A DNA stretch of 64,000 nucleotides, from positions 128,001-192,000 of IMG/VR virus record IMGVR_UViG_3300029288_005873. One strand, written 5' to 3'. The position numbers were made by a program, and so were the translations under genes. The notes beneath the pieces were generated by a model. It worked only from the letters and a program-made list of their open reading frames with translations, had not been told where the DNA came from and did not search any database. Of this stretch, positions 1-9,097 are shown piece after piece. Every line of letters starts with the position of its first letter. The first letter of the stretch is position 1. This DNA is from a virus. Its lineage: Duplodnaviria > Caudoviricetes.

Positions 1-1
1 T

Positions 2-511
2 AGTATCGCCACATTCGCAACCGTCCGACTCATGGAAACTATAAGCTTCGTCAACCATGTCGATCCTGGCCACCATATGGAAACCTTCATTGATATCAGG
101 AGGTTCAAGCTGGTTACACATTCTGGTAATTACATCATCTGGAACTTGACGATGCTCATTACGCGCAGCATTTCTACTAAGACAGACTGTTTTTTTCGCA
201 TAACAATATACGGCAACAGTCTGAAATCCAGCCTTAACAGCACGAACCAAATACTTACGTCGTCTCTTTGCCGCAACATTCGTAGCATCAAAAACTACAA
301 GATTATCATCTTGCTTGTCGGTAAGCGCAGCTTCGAACCTTTCGTCGGCATCCCGCCATGCGGCAGATGCTGCTCTCGGAGTCCAAGGATGGTCTTTTGT
401 GTAGCCAATCCTATCGTCAGGGCAAATAACCTTGGCATCATAGAATGCCTTTTGACGCAGCCAGGTTTTTCCTGCCCCAGGGAGCCCAACCATCATAATG
501 AAGATTCTCAT
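2..511 (-). CDS. P-loop kinase, AAA_33/polynucleotide-kinase-like (3' end runs off window)
   Basis: Not in ORF track. Manual translation from ATG 511: MRIFIMMVGLPGAGKTWLRQ...VVFDATNVAAKRRRKY...CLSRNAARNEHRQVPDDVITRM; Walker A GLPGAGKT, DATN and RNxxR lid motifs; open to the window edge. Confidence 0.88.
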   Translation of the reverse strand, partial: MRIFIMMVGLPGAGKTWLRQKAFYDAKVICPDDRIGYTKDHPWTPRAASAAWRDADERFEAALTDKQDDNLVVFDATNVAAKRRRKYLVRAVKAGFQTVAVYCYAKKTVCLSRNAARNEHRQVPDDVITRMCNQLEPPDINEGFHMVARIDMVDEAYSFHESDGCECGDT

Positions 512-532
512 CTTTTGTCCTTTTTTGCGTGG

Positions 533-573
533 AAAACATCCGCGGAATTTTTTCGCTGCATCAACGCGCGATC
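533..573. repeat. Dispersed intergenic element, copy 1 (AAAACATCCGCGGAATTTTTTCGCTGCATCAACGCGCGATC)
   Basis: 38/41 identical to 41622-41662; 28-bp core shared with 54210-54237; palindromic core TCCGCGGA. Confidence 0.9.
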
Positions 574-574
574 C

Positions 575-2047
575 TTACCATGACGAGAAGGCATCCAATA
601 TTTGTTTTTCCGCAACCTTGTTCCCCTGGGTTAGGTCTAGGTTAACCTTTTCTTCATTATTACAAAATGATGAAGGTCCAATCTGACGTTCTACTAGGTC
701 AACATACATGCTAAAAGCACCTTCTTTTTTCTCCAGGAGCCAATCTGGAATTCCAGATTTCTTTAGCTGTTTGGAGAATGTCTTAGCCAATGTCGTATCG
801 ATCGATATACGTGGACACTCATCAGCCTTCTGAAGTTCTGACAAAGTCTTAATCCAGTCATCACTCTTGATAGGATTTGCCATTCCTCCGCGACCAGCTA
901 ACTTGTGCCCAAGCAAAACAACATGGATACCATGGTTGAAGGCTGACCTGAGGAATCCTTTGAAATCCCCCATCCAATCACCAATCATAACGTGATGTAC
1001 AGTCGGCTGTGGAACAAGTTTCTCAAGCTCGTGCCTAAATCCGTTTGCGTTTAGCACAGCTGCAAATTCTTCAATAGATTGTCCAGGCTCGTCTACAGAA
1101 TATGCAAATGCACCAGTAGACTCAAGTATGGGGTGCCACTTCGTTGGATCCTTTAGCCACGACAGATCTCGTGTTGAAAAACTTGGCACGACCCCATGCC
1201 TACGAAACTCGCGCAAGATATCAGCAAAGTCAGGATGTGACGTCGGCTCACCTCCTCCAATTGCGACTTCAAATACGCGCAAACTACCAAGAATACTAGA
1301 AATATGATAACCATAATGCCGCCATTCAGCATGCTGTCCACCAGGTCCTGAATTTTGGTAACAGAAACTACATTTGCGCGGGCAGTAGTTTGTGATTTTG
1401 ATATCCACAAGTTCTGGAGCAAAAGTCTTCGTCGGCACAACTTTCCCATCTGGTGCTGATCCATATGTTGATTTGGACACCTCTTCACCACGTTTTGGGA
1501 ACCTGAAACGCATCTTAGCTCCCGTTTTTCGGCTAAAAATTGTCCAAAATCCAGACGGATCCTTTCGCGCAACAAGGTGATCGTATCCAGCATCCTGGTT
1601 CATAGCTAAGCTGAAACCTTCTGCTTTCGACAATAAAGGATGGCATTCTTCGGAGTTATCATTTCCTCCAAGAATAACCAGCCCATCCTGGAGAAGGAAA
1701 TCTCTAAATTCCTTGGCAAATTCTAGATCTAATCCATTGCCTTCCCAAGATACTGGAAGATCGTATGCAGATTGATGGTCTATATAGGAATTTTCACCAG
1801 GAGCTTTGTGACCAAGAAGATCGGACACAATCAACCTAGCAGTATGCTCATCGCACATCCTGCTCAAAGCCATCATAACAAGAACGCCGAAATATTCCCC
1901 CTTTGCCTCTTTCGAGGCAGCGGTAAACCTTTGCCATCCAAAATCACCATCTTCAATATCGCGATCGCGCTGACCATCCAGGAAGACCATGGAATGCTGC
2001 GAACTACTATTTGTGGCAAAGCCTAGGCGCACATTGTGAATCTGCAT
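575..2047 (-). CDS. Radical SAM protein with N-terminal NSSS-motif domain
   Basis: CPRKCSFC (CxxxCxxC), GGGEPT; N-terminus RLGFATNSSSQHS...YIDHQS...GGNDN. Confidence 0.88.
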   Translation of the reverse strand: MQIHNVRLGFATNSSSQHSMVFLDGQRDRDIEDGDFGWQRFTAASKEAKGEYFGVLVMMALSRMCDEHTARLIVSDLLGHKAPGENSYIDHQSAYDLPVSWEGNGLDLEFAKEFRDFLLQDGLVILGGNDNSEECHPLLSKAEGFSLAMNQDAGYDHLVARKDPSGFWTIFSRKTGAKMRFRFPKRGEEVSKSTYGSAPDGKVVPTKTFAPELVDIKITNYCPRKCSFCYQNSGPGGQHAEWRHYGYHISSILGSLRVFEVAIGGGEPTSHPDFADILREFRRHGVVPSFSTRDLSWLKDPTKWHPILESTGAFAYSVDEPGQSIEEFAAVLNANGFRHELEKLVPQPTVHHVMIGDWMGDFKGFLRSAFNHGIHVVLLGHKLAGRGGMANPIKSDDWIKTLSELQKADECPRISIDTTLAKTFSKQLKKSGIPDWLLEKKEGAFSMYVDLVERQIGPSSFCNNEEKVNLDLTQGNKVAEKQILDAFSSW

Positions 2048-2060
2048 AATATTCTCCTAT

Positions 2061-2504
2061 CTAACAAAACAGAAGCCATGCGATGTATCCAATAAATCCA
2101 CCAACCATTACAGGTACAACAATGATTGTAGCAAAAACCAAAGCAAGTATGCCAAACTTATGGATCCATCTCATATCCTGGACCACCTGACTGTCTGAAC
2201 CATATAGTTCAAGAATATATTTCTTATGTTCGCGTCTTTTCCTTATCTTTTCACCCAGTTCAGGAATTCCAATCAGGGCACGAATAAGGAGAATAGAAAT
2301 AAGTGATACCATTGATCCAACAGCAAGCGCCTTAATACCAAGCTCCGTATGTCCCCAAAAACCAACATGAGCAACACAGCCGTTTTCAGCAAGGAGCTTG
2401 TGTGCAAAAATCGCGACACAACATATGGCTAATGGGACAAACAACACAAGGCAAAACTTCCCTTTTGGTTTAAGATCGCTCCAAAGCTCTCCAATAACTC
2501 CCAT
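2061..2504 (-). CDS. Membrane protein (about 3 TM segments)
   Basis: Hydrophobic segments; AAGGAG RBS upstream. Confidence 0.7.
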   Translation of the reverse strand: MGVIGELWSDLKPKGKFCLVLFVPLAICCVAIFAHKLLAENGCVAHVGFWGHTELGIKALAVGSMVSLISILLIRALIGIPELGEKIRKRREHKKYILELYGSDSQVVQDMRWIHKFGILALVFATIIVVPVMVGGFIGYIAWLLFC

Positions 2505-2603
2505 ACCTATTCTCCTTCTTTGAAATCATATACCGTTATATCCAAACTGCCATCTTTTTCTTCACAAAATAGAATTAATCTATCAATTTTCTTGTATAAA
2601 AAT

Positions 2604-3440
2604 ATGTTAACTCTCACAGGAATTTTACAAATCTCTGGAGTTTATTGTATCGAATTTATACCCACTGGGCGAAAATATATTGGAAGCTCCCATAAGGTAT
2701 TAACACGATTGCGTTCACATAAAAGTCTATTAGCACGCGGCAATCATCCAAATCCTATTTTACAAGCCTATTACAACAAGTATGGAGCATCTTCATTTTC
2801 CGTAAGTGTAATTGAAGAGGTTTGCGATATTAATCAACTTCTAACAAGAGAACAATATTGGATCAATATATTGAATACTGTAGCAGCTGGTTTTAATATT
2901 TTGCCAGAAACAGGCAGTTCTCGCGGATGGAAGGCTACAGAAGAACAAAAAAAACGAAGAAGCGAACGGGTACGAGGTCCCAATAATCCATTTTATGGAC
3001 ATAGACATACTAAAGAATGTCGTAAACACTTCAGTACCATTCGTAAGGGAAAACGGACAGGATCAGATAATTCTTTCTATGGCAAAAAACATACAGCAGA
3101 AACGCGAGCAAAAATTAGTTCAGCCGCTTCGCAGAGGGAAACAAACCCATTCAAGGGGCGCAGTTGGACAGAACCCGAACTTGCTAATGGGTTGAAAGAA
3201 ATGAAACAGAAATTATCTGCCAAATTTTCTGGGGAAGGAAACCCCTTTTATGGTAAAACGCATGATAGAACAAAAATTGGAAAACTATTTCGTATAACGG
3301 ATCCAGAAGGTAATTCCACAATTGTCAGAAATCTACGCTTATGGTGCGAAACACACAATCGTAGATTTGAAGTTATGCGCAGCAGTCACTGCTTCAAAAG
3401 ACCAACTCCAGATGGTTGGACAGTAGAGCTAATCGATTAA
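2604..3440 (+). CDS. GIY-YIG homing endonuclease with NUMOD3-like repeats
   Basis: GVYCI...KYIGSS...R..H, E and N catalytic motifs; repeated NPFYG(K/H)xH units; AT-rich; ORF open from 2520. Confidence 0.92.
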   Translation: MLTLTGILQISGVYCIEFIPTGRKYIGSSHKVLTRLRSHKSLLARGNHPNPILQAYYNKYGASSFSVSVIEEVCDINQLLTREQYWINILNTVAAGFNILPETGSSRGWKATEEQKKRRSERVRGPNNPFYGHRHTKECRKHFSTIRKGKRTGSDNSFYGKKHTAETRAKISSAASQRETNPFKGRSWTEPELANGLKEMKQKLSAKFSGEGNPFYGKTHDRTKIGKLFRITDPEGNSTIVRNLRLWCETHNRRFEVMRSSHCFKRPTPDGWTVELID

Positions 3441-3917
3441 AACATCTGGTAAATCATAAACTATTACAGCAATTTCTCCTACAGTGTCTGTAATAATTGG
3501 TTCGATATTATCCCAAATCATTCCTCCAAGACCGCAACAAATTCTTGGCATATGAATACTTGCTTCCAACTCTTTAGCTTTTTTTGCCACTTTCGATAGA
3601 CACATACGTAGTGCAGGATATTGGACAGCTGGATGACCGGCATATGAATAGCCATGTTGTGCTATCATATTTGCGACAATTATATCATCGCATATCGTGA
3701 CAAATTGTACCATTCCAAGAGCAAAGTTTTCACCCCTTGAGTGCCAATCATGATAGGCAAGTTTCACTCCATACCACTTCTTGGCTATTGCTCCTGCTAC
3801 ACCACTTCCGAAACCGTTGACATCATTACAAACATGTGCTACGATTTTAAGACCTTCACCCTGAGGACTTGTTACATCACCAGTGATGAACTTTATTGTC
3901 CTTGCTTCTTCAGCCAT
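3429..3917 (-). CDS. Macrodomain ADP-ribose glycohydrolase (TARG1/DarG-like)
   Basis: GDVT...AHVCNDVNGFGSGVAGAIAKKW...MPRICCGLGGMIW. Confidence 0.88.
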   Translation of the reverse strand: MAEEARTIKFITGDVTSPQGEGLKIVAHVCNDVNGFGSGVAGAIAKKWYGVKLAYHDWHSRGENFALGMVQFVTICDDIIVANMIAQHGYSYAGHPAVQYPALRMCLSKVAKKAKELEASIHMPRICCGLGGMIWDNIEPIITDTVGEIAVIVYDLPDVLID

Positions 3918-4215
3918 TGTTCTTCTCTCTTTCCCTCTGTAGATCCCGAAGCGCATGTTTTAGATCTCGGCTGCGGTTTTCTTTATCATATTCCGCAAGC
4001 ATTCTACCAAGTGCAAACTGTCGACTTTTAGTCGGCTTCACAAGGATATTGTTTACAGATAACGTAAATCCTGTCTGAGTACGACAAACAACAAATGTAC
4101 TTGTGCCCATCTTAAGCACCCAGTCGCCACCTTTCGAATTCCAATTCCAAAAGTTAGTTCTTAGAAGCTCATCTGCTATTTTGTCGGCAACAGTCATTCC
4201 ATCTCCTTGCGGCAC
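3910..4215 (-). CDS. Hypothetical protein
   Basis: ORF filling the gap in the minus-strand gene run. Confidence 0.6.
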   Translation of the reverse strand: MPQGDGMTVADKIADELLRTNFWNWNSKGGDWVLKMGTSTFVVCRTQTGFTLSVNNILVKPTKSRQFALGRMLAEYDKENRSRDLKHALRDLQREREKNNG

Positions 4216-4871
4216 ACATATATATCCGTTCGCCCATCTGTGCGTCTTTCAACATCGAAATGAGGCTCCAATATGCTCATAAAACCTTCGGGAGAGATCC
4301 AAGAGAACGATGTCTGATGTGGGGCAAATCCTTCACGCATTTGTACGTGGTGTACCATATTGTTTGTTGAGTAGAATACTTCATATTCATTATGATCCCC
4401 CATATCTCTTGTGCGGAGAACGGGTATTGTAGGAGGTAAAGTATTGAATGTATTGAAAACAAACACACCACCTAGGGTCATGTTGTGTTTTACATCTATG
4501 GCATTATATTTTGTCAGCCAGTAGTTAATAGCTTGTTGACAAAATATTGCCGCAAAAAGAGGAGGATGCGCTTGCCAAAAACGTTCCTGTAACATATTCT
4601 CTACACGACCTATTCTAATATCTATTCCATATTTACCAAGCTCGTATATGTCTGACATATTACTATCAGCATCAACCATTCTTACCATAGCCCCACGTTT
4701 CCTAGCGGCTATAGACAGCCTACCATTACCACCACAAAGGTCTAGTACAGGAAGGTTAAGCCATGTGGAAGGTTCAATTCCAGCAGCATCCAGAAGTACA
4801 TTTGGATCGCTACGCAAATATGAACCATATAGAGCTTCATATACACTTTTGCTACAGTATTTCATTTCCAT
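4194..4871 (-). CDS. Class I SAM-dependent methyltransferase
   Basis: VLDLCGGNGRLS motif I, acidic VDAD, GGVFVFN. Confidence 0.85.
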   Translation of the reverse strand: MEMKYCSKSVYEALYGSYLRSDPNVLLDAAGIEPSTWLNLPVLDLCGGNGRLSIAARKRGAMVRMVDADSNMSDIYELGKYGIDIRIGRVENMLQERFWQAHPPLFAAIFCQQAINYWLTKYNAIDVKHNMTLGGVFVFNTFNTLPPTIPVLRTRDMGDHNEYEVFYSTNNMVHHVQMREGFAPHQTSFSWISPEGFMSILEPHFDVERRTDGRTDIYVCRKEME

Positions 4872-5965
4872 GGAATCTGTCCATTTTCTCCAAAAAGCAG
4901 AAATGCCCCATGTCCTTGGATCGAGAAACTACCACGAATATCCCTTTGTGAATCCCTCCTAGTGCCAGGAGGCGCATATGGAAGCACATGAAGTTCTGGA
5001 CATTCTATCTGATGATAGTGTACAATAGCTTTGGTTTCAGGCATATGTGCGAAAATCCAATGTAATAGCGGAGCATTCAAAGAAGATTTACCGGATGACT
5101 TCACAACCATGTCTTCATGCCATACCGCTGAGACAGTTTCCCACCCTCCACCAATTTCTGTTTTGCCACGACGCGTTGTAACAAATGAAAGCCCATGTCC
5201 CGGAATGCGACAAGCTACCGTTCCAAAAACAAGTCCGCTTGAACCAGCTGGCTGGAACTTATCGGAAAACTTGGCAATCATTTGTTCAGCATATGTAATA
5301 GCAGTATTAGTACCAGACAATACACTTCCAATCTCAGTGCGATAATATACATCATCAGTATATTTGATAATAAACTCTGAAAGTTCATCTGACCGTAGTG
5401 ACTGTACAACCATATCTTTTGTTACAGCATATTTTCTATCAAGATTCTTTGCATCATTTGCAAAGATTACAGTAGCGCGGCTGTCTAAAGCAACTTCGTA
5501 TGCTGCATTAATAAGTTCTGTATAGGGAGCACCAGATAGCAATTTAAATCCAAACAGCTTAGATTCCGGGAACTTGTTCCTTACATCGTTAATAATTCTA
5601 GGAGCCACCAGAAAAGGAATATCAACTTTATCACCAGGCTTATACTGATGCGATGGAAATTTACCTTTCCACGGACTAGCTGGAATAAGGTTGGCAACCG
5701 CTGCCCCTAGAACAAATGCATCCATTCCCAACTCGCCGGCTCTGAATATCTTTTCCCTATAGTCATTGAATCCATCATGTAACCATACAGTACAAAATTT
5801 TTGTTTTGGTGGTGTGTGTCGAGCTGTAAGATATATAACCTCATGACCTAGGCGAACTAGCTCTTCTGCTAATGCTTCCATACGACCGCCACGGAACTTA
5901 TTAGTGATAATCTTAACATCGTCTAAATGGGCATGAACAGGACCACCAGTAACCAAGAATTTCAT
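4862..5965 (-). CDS. CoaB-like (phosphopantothenate-cysteine ligase fold) fused to class II aldolase-like domain
   Basis: N-terminal VTGGP..HLDDVKIITN..G, AAVAN, GFKL, FAND; C-terminal GTVACR, AIVHYH, YAPPGT, GHG. Confidence 0.75.
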   Translation of the reverse strand: MKFLVTGGPVHAHLDDVKIITNKFRGGRMEALAEELVRLGHEVIYLTARHTPPKQKFCTVWLHDGFNDYREKIFRAGELGMDAFVLGAAVANLIPASPWKGKFPSHQYKPGDKVDIPFLVAPRIINDVRNKFPESKLFGFKLLSGAPYTELINAAYEVALDSRATVIFANDAKNLDRKYAVTKDMVVQSLRSDELSEFIIKYTDDVYYRTEIGSVLSGTNTAITYAEQMIAKFSDKFQPAGSSGLVFGTVACRIPGHGLSFVTTRRGKTEIGGGWETVSAVWHEDMVVKSSGKSSLNAPLLHWIFAHMPETKAIVHYHQIECPELHVLPYAPPGTRRDSQRDIRGSFSIQGHGAFLLFGENGQIPWK

Positions 5966-6738
5966 GGTTCCTCCTGAACTCCAATGACTTGATGTAACCT
6001 TCTGCGTACCTCATCAATATTGGTTCCATCATATCTAACTGTTTGAGGATGAGATTCACCATCGTTCCATGGATGCGCTGGAACAATTACAAGACCTCGT
6101 GGTCTATGTTCTAACCACGCTAGATAATATTCAGGCCAATCATCTACAAGAGTCTTACCATACATGAGACTTTTGTCTTCTGTTATAATAACGGGCATTT
6201 CAGGTAGATGGATTCGACACCACTCTACCTTTTCAGCCCAGCCGGCCGGCTCCTGGCGAGGACCTTTTGTTAGAACATGACACTTAAATCCCAAGGATTT
6301 TAGTTCCTTAATAATTTCAAACCCAGGCGGATACGTTGGAAGTGAACGCCAAAAACCCGGCTGACTTCTAATCAGTTTGCGACGCGCCCTAATGTATGGA
6401 GAGTCAATATATCGTCCATCCAACCCTAATACTGGAGGTTCACTTGGTGATGCAATCCGTTCTAACTCATGAAGCATGGCTCCATCAAAATCAGCAACGG
6501 TTCCATCCATGTCTACCAAAGCAACCAATTCTTGTTTTTTCTGTTCTGTCTGGTCGCTTTGGTATTCCCACAAACCATCTCCAATATCAGTTTGCCTGTA
6601 ACCCATGGCAATTAGTGTAGGAATACATCCTTCATCGCTCTTACCTGACTCAGTAATACGCCAAAGTCTATGCGCTCCATAGTCTACTGGTTCAATATGA
6701 CCTACAGAATATGGGTTGTATTTCTCAGAATATCCCAT
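5962..6738 (-). CDS. 5'(3')-deoxyribonucleotidase (HAD, NT5C-like) with N-terminal extension
   Basis: VDMDGTVADF, LT, EKVEW, DKS, LVDD, PWN motifs. Confidence 0.85.
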   Translation of the reverse strand: MGYSEKYNPYSVGHIEPVDYGAHRLWRITESGKSDEGCIPTLIAMGYRQTDIGDGLWEYQSDQTEQKKQELVALVDMDGTVADFDGAMLHELERIASPSEPPVLGLDGRYIDSPYIRARRKLIRSQPGFWRSLPTYPPGFEIIKELKSLGFKCHVLTKGPRQEPAGWAEKVEWCRIHLPEMPVIITEDKSLMYGKTLVDDWPEYYLAWLEHRPRGLVIVPAHPWNDGESHPQTVRYDGTNIDEVRRRLHQVIGVQEEP

Positions 6739-6743
6739 AGAAA

Positions 6744-7079
6744 TTACCTTTTGCCAGCAATCAATTCCTTAGCAAGGTCGATGCCAGGTTTGTATGGATT
6801 TCCATCCAACCACCGGTTAAAGCACTCTGCGGCGACCTCGAATGACTTTTCGACTCCGCGCATGCGTACAATTTGACCCATGGCAAAACTCATATCCTCG
6901 CCTTCCTTAATGGAACCACCTGAACGTTCAACTGCTTTACCAATCCATTCCCCAGCTTGGAAAAGAGGTAGAAGCCAACGCGGACAATTGTGTTCTTCAG
7001 CGAGCTTTAGGATCTTTTCCGACTCGGCATTAACTTCCCTCTCCACATCCTCGGCAGTGACATGATCTTTGTTTTCCAT
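6744..7079 (-). CDS. Hypothetical protein
   Basis: ORF with GGAGGG RBS. Confidence 0.65.
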   Translation of the reverse strand: MENKDHVTAEDVEREVNAESEKILKLAEEHNCPRWLLPLFQAGEWIGKAVERSGGSIKEGEDMSFAMGQIVRMRGVEKSFEVAAECFNRWLDGNPYKPGIDLAKELIAGKR

Positions 7080-7087
7080 TTTCCCTC

Positions 7088-7675
7088 CTAGGCGCTATTA
7101 CGTAAGAAGTCAACCATTTCGCGCAAAGCTTTACCGCGATGACTGATTCGGTTTTTGTCCTCTGCCGATGCCTCGGCTAACGTACAACCAAGTTCATCTG
7201 TATAGAAAACTGGATCGAAACCGAATCCATTTGATCCACGCGGTGCGTTAATTATCAGTCCTTCACATGTCCCTTGGAACAGTTTAGGTCTGATATCAAG
7301 AGGTTCCATGAATGCTACAACGCAACGAAAACGCGCCGTTCTTTCGCAGAGAGGAACGCCCGCAAGGTTCTTCAACAAAAGATCAATACCACTTAATCTA
7401 CATCCACCATAGCGAGCAGAATATACACCAGGATCTCCACCTAGTGCGTCAACTTCCAAACCGCTATCGTCAGCAAACGCAGGTAAGCCGCTCCATTCCA
7501 TGGCAGCACGTGCTTTCAAAGTAGCGTTTTCGGAGAAGGTTAAACCCGTCTCCTCAATTTCTGGTATCCCAGATAGGTCATCCAGACACATAAGTTCTAC
7601 GTCTGGTAGATCTACAATCTGGCGCATCTCACGAAGTTTTCCATGATTCCTTGTGGCAAATACCAGCTTTCTCAT
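7088..7675 (-). CDS. rdgB: Non-canonical purine NTP pyrophosphatase (ITPase, HAM1 family)
   Basis: ATRNHGKLRE, ENATLKA, ADDSGLEVDALGGDPGVYSAR, GFGFDPVF, KNRISHRGKA. Confidence 0.95.
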   Translation of the reverse strand: MRKLVFATRNHGKLREMRQIVDLPDVELMCLDDLSGIPEIEETGLTFSENATLKARAAMEWSGLPAFADDSGLEVDALGGDPGVYSARYGGCRLSGIDLLLKNLAGVPLCERTARFRCVVAFMEPLDIRPKLFQGTCEGLIINAPRGSNGFGFDPVFYTDELGCTLAEASAEDKNRISHRGKALREMVDFLRNSA

Positions 7676-7676
7676 A

Positions 7677-8009
7677 TTACCCTTTCTGTCTTGATAGTTC
7701 TGCAATCTGCTGCTCACGGTCAATCAATGCTTTAAGAACTACCTTATGTATACTTTTAGTTTCTGGTGTTTCATAGCCACGATATTGGATATATCCGCAA
7801 ATCTTATCGAGAACATATCCTTGTGTATAGCATTCATCCTCTAAAGCATTTAGCATTTTGCGTAACTCGGCATCAGATCGTGCCGCAAGTGTAGATTGTA
7901 ATTTGAGAACTTGTTTGATCAGCTGCTCATTTGTGAGTTCCTTTAACTCAAGTTCAACGTATCCGTATTCCATTGTCCTCACGATTTGTGTAGTTGTAGT
8001 CCGATACAA
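7677..8009 (-). CDS. Hypothetical protein
   Basis: ORF in gene run. Confidence 0.55.
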   Translation of the reverse strand: MYRTTTTQIVRTMEYGYVELELKELTNEQLIKQVLKLQSTLAARSDAELRKMLNALEDECYTQGYVLDKICGYIQYRGYETPETKSIHKVVLKALIDREQQIAELSRQKG

Positions 8010-8878
8010 ATATTCTGGATTTCCACAAGCGCCTTCCTGTATCGATCGGGCTCAACATATGCTCCATCCAAAGTTCCAAAGTGATGCTCTAATGCTTGGA
8101 GCAGAATCTTTTTGATTTTCGTTTCGTCCGGAGAATATGGAAGTTTCGATTCCTCATAGGCCTTATTGAGAGCAGACTCTTTCTGTTGGAAAAATTCTAT
8201 CACCCTCTGTTCTGTCCACTCACCACGACGAATGGCTTTCAAAGTCTCGCTATTGCTCTCGATGTTTAGATCTCCAGTTGTTAGGATCTGCTCAACCTCG
8301 TAGATTAACCTAACCACATGATAAGCAAATTTAACGTCGAAACCATATTTATCTACATACTCAGCGCGTTTGCTCCCCACGTCTGGCGTCTTAATCGACA
8401 TTTTGTGAAGTTGTGAGTATGCATAGCCGCGGAATTTGTGCCAACATCCCCTATGGAGAAACAATTTTCGGTTCTCACGAACAATATTTCCAACCGCACT
8501 ACAGTGTATAACACACCTCTCTGGAACGAACAATGCGTCTACCATGTTTGGATTATTTTCCATACATAACTGGAAGTACTTAATAATATTATAGATTTGT
8601 AAGTCGTACTCTTTTCCAGCTTCATGGTCATTAATATGATGCTCTTGCCATTGTTCGAACCGTTTTATCTGTCGACCAAATCCAGCAATCTCACCAGTTA
8701 GATGTGGGAAAATCATTTCTTTTGGTGGAATACAGAACCCATAGACATCGCAATCGCTGTCATCTCCAGCCACACCATAAGCAACACTGCCCATTGTACA
8801 CAAATAATGTGTTGTACTAGGAAGCCATGGAGGAGGGTGAATCAGACGCAATGTGTTTAACCTATTCAATAACATCAA
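7979..8878 (-). CDS. Pol-beta-family nucleotidyltransferase (RlaP-like)
   Basis: GSVAYG...SDCDVYG, NNPN, YAYSQ, KFAYHVVRL, LKAIRRG. Confidence 0.88.
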   Translation of the reverse strand: MMLLNRLNTLRLIHPPPWLPSTTHYLCTMGSVAYGVAGDDSDCDVYGFCIPPKEMIFPHLTGEIAGFGRQIKRFEQWQEHHINDHEAGKEYDLQIYNIIKYFQLCMENNPNMVDALFVPERCVIHCSAVGNIVRENRKLFLHRGCWHKFRGYAYSQLHKMSIKTPDVGSKRAEYVDKYGFDVKFAYHVVRLIYEVEQILTTGDLNIESNSETLKAIRRGEWTEQRVIEFFQQKESALNKAYEESKLPYSPDETKIKKILLQALEHHFGTLDGAYVEPDRYRKALVEIQNICIGLQLHKS

Positions 8879-8887
8879 ATTTTTCCT

Positions 8888-9097
8888 TTACGCAGATCCA
8901 AATCTAAATGAAATGAAGTGATCTGACCATTCTTCGCCTACAAAAAAGCCCAATTCGTCCAGTTTTTTCTTGTCCTCTTCCGACACTTTCTCTGGATAAA
9001 TTCCGCAGATGTGGAGCACATCATGTTCACAATGCGTGGGATATTCAGGATTACCATACTTCAAAAAAATCTGAAGTGCTTCAATAAGCTTGTCCAT
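8888..9097 (-). CDS. Small hypothetical protein (PTHCEHD motif)
   Basis: MDKLIEALQIFLKY...PTHCEHD...SFRFGSA. Confidence 0.7.
   Translation of the reverse strand: MDKLIEALQIFLKYGNPEYPTHCEHDVLHICGIYPEKVSEEDKKKLDELGFFVGEEWSDHFISFRFGSA

Noticed and set aside
32-583. 183-aa plus-strand ORF
   Set aside because: Antisense shadow of the minus-strand P-loop kinase (2-511); no motifs
8427-8437. CCGCGGAATTT partial match to the repeat core
   Set aside because: Only 11 nt, inside the nucleotidyltransferase coding sequence (K-F-R-G codons), and lacks the flanking consensus
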